64,000 nt of DNA from Hyphomonadaceae bacterium (GTDB lineage Bacteria > Pseudomonadota > Alphaproteobacteria > Caulobacterales > Aquidulcibacteraceae). The notes beneath the pieces are model-generated. The model saw nothing but the letters and a program-made list of their open reading frames with translations, did no database searches and had not been told where the DNA came from. Shown here one piece after another: positions 59,912-64,000 of this stretch. The stretch spans positions 9,972-73,971 of the forward strand of contig JANRIR010000073.1 in the NCBI GenBank assembly GCA_033764725.1. Reading direction: 5' to 3'. Made by a program: the position numbers and the translations under genes. Positions within the stretch are counted from its first letter, which is position 1; every line of letters starts with the position of its first letter.

Positions 59912-60898
59912 ATGCGCAGGCGCGCCCTCCTCGCGGCGGCGGCGTCCGCCGGCTTGGGCGCATGCGGCGCAACGCCGGGCGCCCGCCCGCTCTACGCCGC
60001 CGACACCCATCCCGGCGATTACCCCACCGTCGCCGCGGTGGGCTGGTTCGCCGAAGAAGTCGCGCGCAGAAGCCATGGGCGCCTGGGCGTGCGCCAATAT
60101 CCGGGCGGCCAATTGGGCGAAGAAAAAGACACGCTCGAACTGACGATCTTCGGCGGCGTCGACATCAATCGCGTCAATCTCGCGCCGTTGAACGCGATCG
60201 CGCCGGAAACCATCGTGCCGACCTTGCCGTTCCTGTTCCGCTCGGAAGCGCATATGCGCGCGGCCATGGCGGGCGATCCCGGCAAGGCGGTGTTCGCCGC
60301 GCTGCGCCGCCATCGCCTCATCGGTCTATGCTTCTATGACAGCGGCGCGCGCTCCTTCTATACGACGCGGCGGCCGGTTCTTGCGCCAGGCGATCTGCGC
60401 GGCATGAAAATCCGCGTGCAGAATTCCGACGTGTTCGTGGCCATGGTCGATGCGTTGGGCGGCGACGCCACGCCGATGAGCTATGGCGAAGTCTATGGCG
60501 CGCTATTGCAGGGCGTGGTCGACGGCGCGGAGAACAATTGGCCGAGCTACGAATCCTCGCGTCATTTTGAGGCGGCGAAGCATTATTCGCTGACGCGCCA
60601 CGTCATCGCGCCGGAGGCGCTCGTCATGTCGGCGCGCCGCTGGGACAAGCTCGCGCCGGAGGACCAGGCGCTGATCGCCGGCGCCGCCGCAGACTCCGTC
60701 GCCGTGATGGCGCAGCTGTGGACCGAGCGGGAAACGGGCGCCGAAGCGCGCCTGCGCGCCGCCGGCGTGTCGGTCGCCGAACCGCCCGATCGCGACGCCT
60801 TCGCGCGCCTGATGGCGCCTGTGTGGGCGCGCTTCCTGCGCGCCGGCCCGTTGCGTCGATTGTCGGAAGACATCCTCGCGCTCGGCGCTGCGCCATGA
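59912..60898 (+). CDS. TRAP transporter substrate-binding protein (DctP family)
   Basis: 328 aa with a signal/lipobox-like N-terminus (..SAGLGAC). ..GMKIRVQNSDVFVAMVDALGGDATPMSYGEVYGALLQGVVDGAENNW is typical of DctP. Confidence 0.88.
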   Translation: MRRRALLAAAASAGLGACGATPGARPLYAADTHPGDYPTVAAVGWFAEEVARRSHGRLGVRQYPGGQLGEEKDTLELTIFGGVDINRVNLAPLNAIAPETIVPTLPFLFRSEAHMRAAMAGDPGKAVFAALRRHRLIGLCFYDSGARSFYTTRRPVLAPGDLRGMKIRVQNSDVFVAMVDALGGDATPMSYGEVYGALLQGVVDGAENNWPSYESSRHFEAAKHYSLTRHVIAPEALVMSARRWDKLAPEDQALIAGAAADSVAVMAQLWTERETGAEARLRAAGVSVAEPPDRDAFARLMAPVWARFLRAGPLRRLSEDILALGAAP

Positions 60899-61392
60899 GC
60901 GACCTCCTCGCGGCAATCTCGCGCGCCTTGAGCCGCATTGCGCTGGTCGCCGCAGGCCTTGGCCTGATCGCGATGACCGGCATTCTGTTCTGGCAGGTGT
61001 TTGCACGCTATGCGCTGCAAGCGAGCCCTGCGTGGTCCGAGCAGGCTGCTTTGGCGCTGCTGATCGGCGTCATCAGTCTCGCCGCGGCGGCGGGCGTGCG
61101 CGAGGGCTACCATATCGGCATGACGATCGTCGTCGACGCGCTGCCGCCGCTGCCGGCGCGCATCGCGCGCGTCTTGTCGATGGGCGTCACGGCCGCGTTC
61201 GGCGCAGCGCTCGGCGTCTATGGCGGCGATCTTGTCGCACAGACCTGGTCGCATGCCTTGCCGTCGCTGCCTTTGTCGCGCGGTGCGGTGTACGCGCCCT
61301 TGGCGGCGGCGGGCTGGTTGATGGCGTTTTTCGCCATCGAACAGGCGATCGCGGCGGCGCGCGGCCGAACGATTGCGCCGCTATGGAATTGA
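60895..61392 (+). CDS. TRAP transporter small permease (DctQ family)
   Basis: 165 aa starting at MSDLLAAISRAL (residue 60 of ORF 60718..61392), with four TM helices. It makes an ATGA overlap with the dctP-like stop. Confidence 0.85.
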   Translation: MSDLLAAISRALSRIALVAAGLGLIAMTGILFWQVFARYALQASPAWSEQAALALLIGVISLAAAAGVREGYHIGMTIVVDALPPLPARIARVLSMGVTAAFGAALGVYGGDLVAQTWSHALPSLPLSRGAVYAPLAAAGWLMAFFAIEQAIAAARGRTIAPLWN

Positions 61393-62663
61393 TCGTTCTG
61401 TTCGGCGCGTTGGCCGTCTTGCTGGCGCTCGGCGTTCCGGTCGCTTTCGCGCTTGGCGCCGCGTCGCTGGCGACGTTCGTGTTTCTCGACATTCCCCCCA
61501 TCGTCGCGTTCCAACAGATGGCGGCGGGCATGAGCGCGTTTTCGCTCCTGGCGATTCCGTTCTTCGTGTTCACCGGCGAGCTGATGACGCGTTCGGGGAT
61601 CGCCGATCGCATCGTCGATGTGGCGACCGCGCTGTTCGGGCGCTCGCGCGGCGGCCTGGGGCAAGTGAGCGTCGGCGCGGCGATGATGTTCGGATCGGTT
61701 TCGGGTTCGGCCGTCGCCACCGTTTCCGCCGTCGGCGCCACGCTCATTCCGAAGATGAAGGCGGAGGGTTATGGCGCAGACTACGCCGTCAACGTCATGA
61801 CCTGCGCGGCCATTCTCGGCGTTCTGGTTCCCCCGTCCCACAACATGATCCTCTACGCGGCCTCGGCGGGCGCGGGCGTTTCGGTCGTCGATCTGTTTCT
61901 CGCCGGCGTGATCCCGGCCTTGGCCACAGGGCTTGCGCTGATGATCGCCGCGCGCTGGGTCGCGGCGCGGCGCGGCTACAAGGCGGGCGTCTTTCCAGGC
62001 TGGCGCGCGTTGGCGCGAGCGCTTGCGGGCGCAGCGCCGGGCTTCATGATCATCGTGATCATTTTCGGCGGCATTCTGGGCGGCGTGTTCACGCCGACGG
62101 AATCCTCCGCCATCGCCGTGGTGTACACCGCCATCGTGGCGCGCCTCGTCTATCGGGCGCTGGGCGCGGCCGCGTTCGCGCGCGCCGTCGCGGGCGCGGT
62201 GCAAACCACCGCGATGGTCATGCTGATCATCGGGGCGGCTGCGTCGTTCGGCTGGCTCCTGGCGCTGACGGAATTTCCCCAAACGCTGGCGAACGGCATG
62301 GCCGCGCTGACCGACAATCCGATCGCCACGCTGTTGCTCATCAACCTGATCCTGCTGGTCCTCGGCACGTTCATGGACATGGCGCCGCTGATCATCATCG
62401 GCACGCCGATCTTTCTGCCGGTCGCCATGGACGCCGGCATGGATCCCGTACAGTTCGGCGTCGTCATGCTGCTCAATCAAGGCATCGGCCTCGTCACGCC
62501 GCCGGTCGGCAGCGTGCAATTCGTCGGCTGCGGCATCGGCAAGATCCGCATGGAGGACGCGATGCGGACGATCTGGCCGTTCTACGCCGCCCTGTTCGCC
62601 GCTCTGATGCTGGTGACCTACGTGCCGGCCGCATCGCTCTGGCTGCCGGGATTGCTGCGATGA
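61383..62663 (+). CDS. TRAP transporter large permease (DctM family)
   Basis: 426 aa starting at MELIVLFGALAVLLALGVPVAFALG (residue 118 of ORF 61032..62663). ..AIPFFVFTGELMTRSGIADRIV.. is typical of DctM. Confidence 0.9.
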   Translation: MELIVLFGALAVLLALGVPVAFALGAASLATFVFLDIPPIVAFQQMAAGMSAFSLLAIPFFVFTGELMTRSGIADRIVDVATALFGRSRGGLGQVSVGAAMMFGSVSGSAVATVSAVGATLIPKMKAEGYGADYAVNVMTCAAILGVLVPPSHNMILYAASAGAGVSVVDLFLAGVIPALATGLALMIAARWVAARRGYKAGVFPGWRALARALAGAAPGFMIIVIIFGGILGGVFTPTESSAIAVVYTAIVARLVYRALGAAAFARAVAGAVQTTAMVMLIIGAAASFGWLLALTEFPQTLANGMAALTDNPIATLLLINLILLVLGTFMDMAPLIIIGTPIFLPVAMDAGMDPVQFGVVMLLNQGIGLVTPPVGSVQFVGCGIGKIRMEDAMRTIWPFYAALFAALMLVTYVPAASLWLPGLLR

Positions 62664-64000
62664 TGCGCCTCTCAGACGCCACACTGCATCGCGCGCCGCC
62701 CGCCGTGCGCAGGCCAGCCTATGACCGCGCCGCGATGGCTTGCGGCGTCGTGCATCTCGGCGTCGGCGCGTTTCATCGCGCGCATCAGGCGGCCGTGTTC
62801 GACGACGCGCTCGCGGCGGGCGATCGCCGCTGGGGCGTGCTCGGCGCCTCGCTGCGCAACGCGCATGTACGCGATCAACTCGCCCCGCAAGACGGCCTCT
62901 ACACCCTGCGCGTCCTTGACGGCGACCGCGCCGATGATCGCATCATCGGCGCGCTGCGCGATGTGATCGTTGCGCCGCACGATCCGGCTGGGCTGATCGC
63001 GGCCATGCGCAGTCCCGACGTGCATCTCGTGACGCTGACCATCACCGAGAAGGGCTATTGCCTCGATCCGGCCTCGGGCGCGCTGCGCGTCGACGATCCT
63101 GACATCCGCCACGATGCGGCGCATCGCCACGCACCGCGCACGGCGCTGGGATTTCTCGTCGCTGCGCTCGCCGCCCGCCGCGCCGACGGCGCAGCGCCCT
63201 TCACCGTGATGTCGTGCGACAATCTCCCCCACAATGGCGACCGCACGCGCAGCGCTGTCGTCGGCATGGCGCGCCTGCAGGACCGCGACCTTGCGGCCTG
63301 GATCGCCGATGCGGTGCGCTTTCCCAATGCGATGGTCGATCGCATCGCACCTGCGACGACGCCGGACGACATCGCCGCGCTACGCGCAACGCTTGGGCTC
63401 GACGACCTTGCGACGATCAAGACCGAGCCGTTTCTGCACTGGGTGATCGAAGACCGCTTCAGCGGGCCGCGCCCGGACTTCGCAACGCCCGGCGTGCAGA
63501 TCACCCGCGACGTGGCGCCGTGGGAGGCGGCGAAGCTGCGGCTGTTGAACGGCGCGCATTCCGCGCTCGCTTATCTCGGCGCGCTGGCAGGCCACGAGAC
63601 GGTGGCCGAAGCCATCGCTGCGCCGGGCTTTGGCGCTCTTGTCGATGCGCTCTGGGACGAAGCGGAAACGACTTTGTCGCCGCCCGCCGATCTCGACATC
63701 GCCGCCTATCGCGCCGCGCTCAAGCGCCGCTTCGCCAATTCCGCGCTGCGCCATCGCCTGCGCCAGATCGCCATGGACGGCTCGCAGAAGCTGCCGCAGC
63801 GCCTGCTCGAGACCGCGCGCGCGCGGCTGCGCAGCGATCGACCCATCGCTGCGCTCGCGCTCGCCATTGCAGGTTGGATGCGCTGGCAAATCGGCCGCGA
63901 CGAACGCGGCGCGGCCTTCGTCGTCGACGATCCGCTCGCCGCGCGCACCGCAGCGCTGATCGCCGGCGCCGGCGCGCCCGCCGCCATGGCGCAGGCGCTG
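62660..64000 (+). CDS. uxuB: mannitol dehydrogenase family oxidoreductase, likely fructuronate (D-mannonate) reductase; runs off the right edge
   Basis: Absent from the ORF track because it has no stop in the window. Hand translation from ATGATG at 62660 (overlapping the dctM-like TGA) gives MMRLSDATLHRAPPAVRRPAYDRAAMACGVVHLGVGAFHRAHQA.., ..VTLTITEKGY.., ..MSCDNLPHNG.., ..FPNAMVDRI.. and ..KLRLLNGAHSALAY... The frame stays open for 447 codons to nt 64000. Confidence 0.8.
   Translation, partial: MMRLSDATLHRAPPAVRRPAYDRAAMACGVVHLGVGAFHRAHQAAVFDDALAAGDRRWGVLGASLRNAHVRDQLAPQDGLYTLRVLDGDRADDRIIGALRDVIVAPHDPAGLIAAMRSPDVHLVTLTITEKGYCLDPASGALRVDDPDIRHDAAHRHAPRTALGFLVAALAARRADGAAPFTVMSCDNLPHNGDRTRSAVVGMARLQDRDLAAWIADAVRFPNAMVDRIAPATTPDDIAALRATLGLDDLATIKTEPFLHWVIEDRFSGPRPDFATPGVQITRDVAPWEAAKLRLLNGAHSALAYLGALAGHETVAEAIAAPGFGALVDALWDEAETTLSPPADLDIAAYRAALKRRFANSALRHRLRQIAMDGSQKLPQRLLETARARLRSDRPIAALALAIAGWMRWQIGRDERGAAFVVDDPLAARTAALIAGAGAPAAMAQAL

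Overview
High-GC alphaproteobacterial chromosome segment with a gene order typical of Hyphomicrobiales/Rhizobiales-like genomes. From 1 to 39.8 kb almost everything is minus-strand housekeeping: M48 peptidase and LemA, parC, recO-(extra ORF)-era-rnc-lepB, acpS, pdxJ, tRNA-Leu(UAG), dnaE, lolD (interrupted by an in-frame TAA) with a LolC/E-type permease, proS, DUF1467, mce, rnj, coaX, birA, and a complete nuoA-N complex I operon. Eleven additional ORFs are spliced into that operon, several through ATGA start/stop overlaps. katG follows on the plus strand. The unusual part is 42.2-52.2 kb, a 10-kb island of seven transcription units. These encode a CsgG-like lipoprotein, a 234-aa protein, a secreted (SNSS)18 repeat protein, a porin, a P-loop NTPase coupled to an ABC-like protein with dead motifs, an ECF sigma/anti-sigma pair, and a poly-Asp/Gly S8 protease with a secreted partner. 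Each unit is preceded by the same ECF-type promoter motif, GGAATAR-N14-CGTTCT. From 52.2 to 64 kb lies a glucuronide/hexuronate utilisation cluster: GPH symporter, GH2 beta-glucuronidase, kdgK, ManD, GntR regulator, uxaC, TRAP transporter, and a uxuB-like reductase that runs off the right edge. I saw no rRNA, CRISPR array, transposase or integrase. Many long ORFs in the track are GC-driven antisense shadows and were rejected. Start codons were placed by counting residues in the supplied translations and are less certain than stops.
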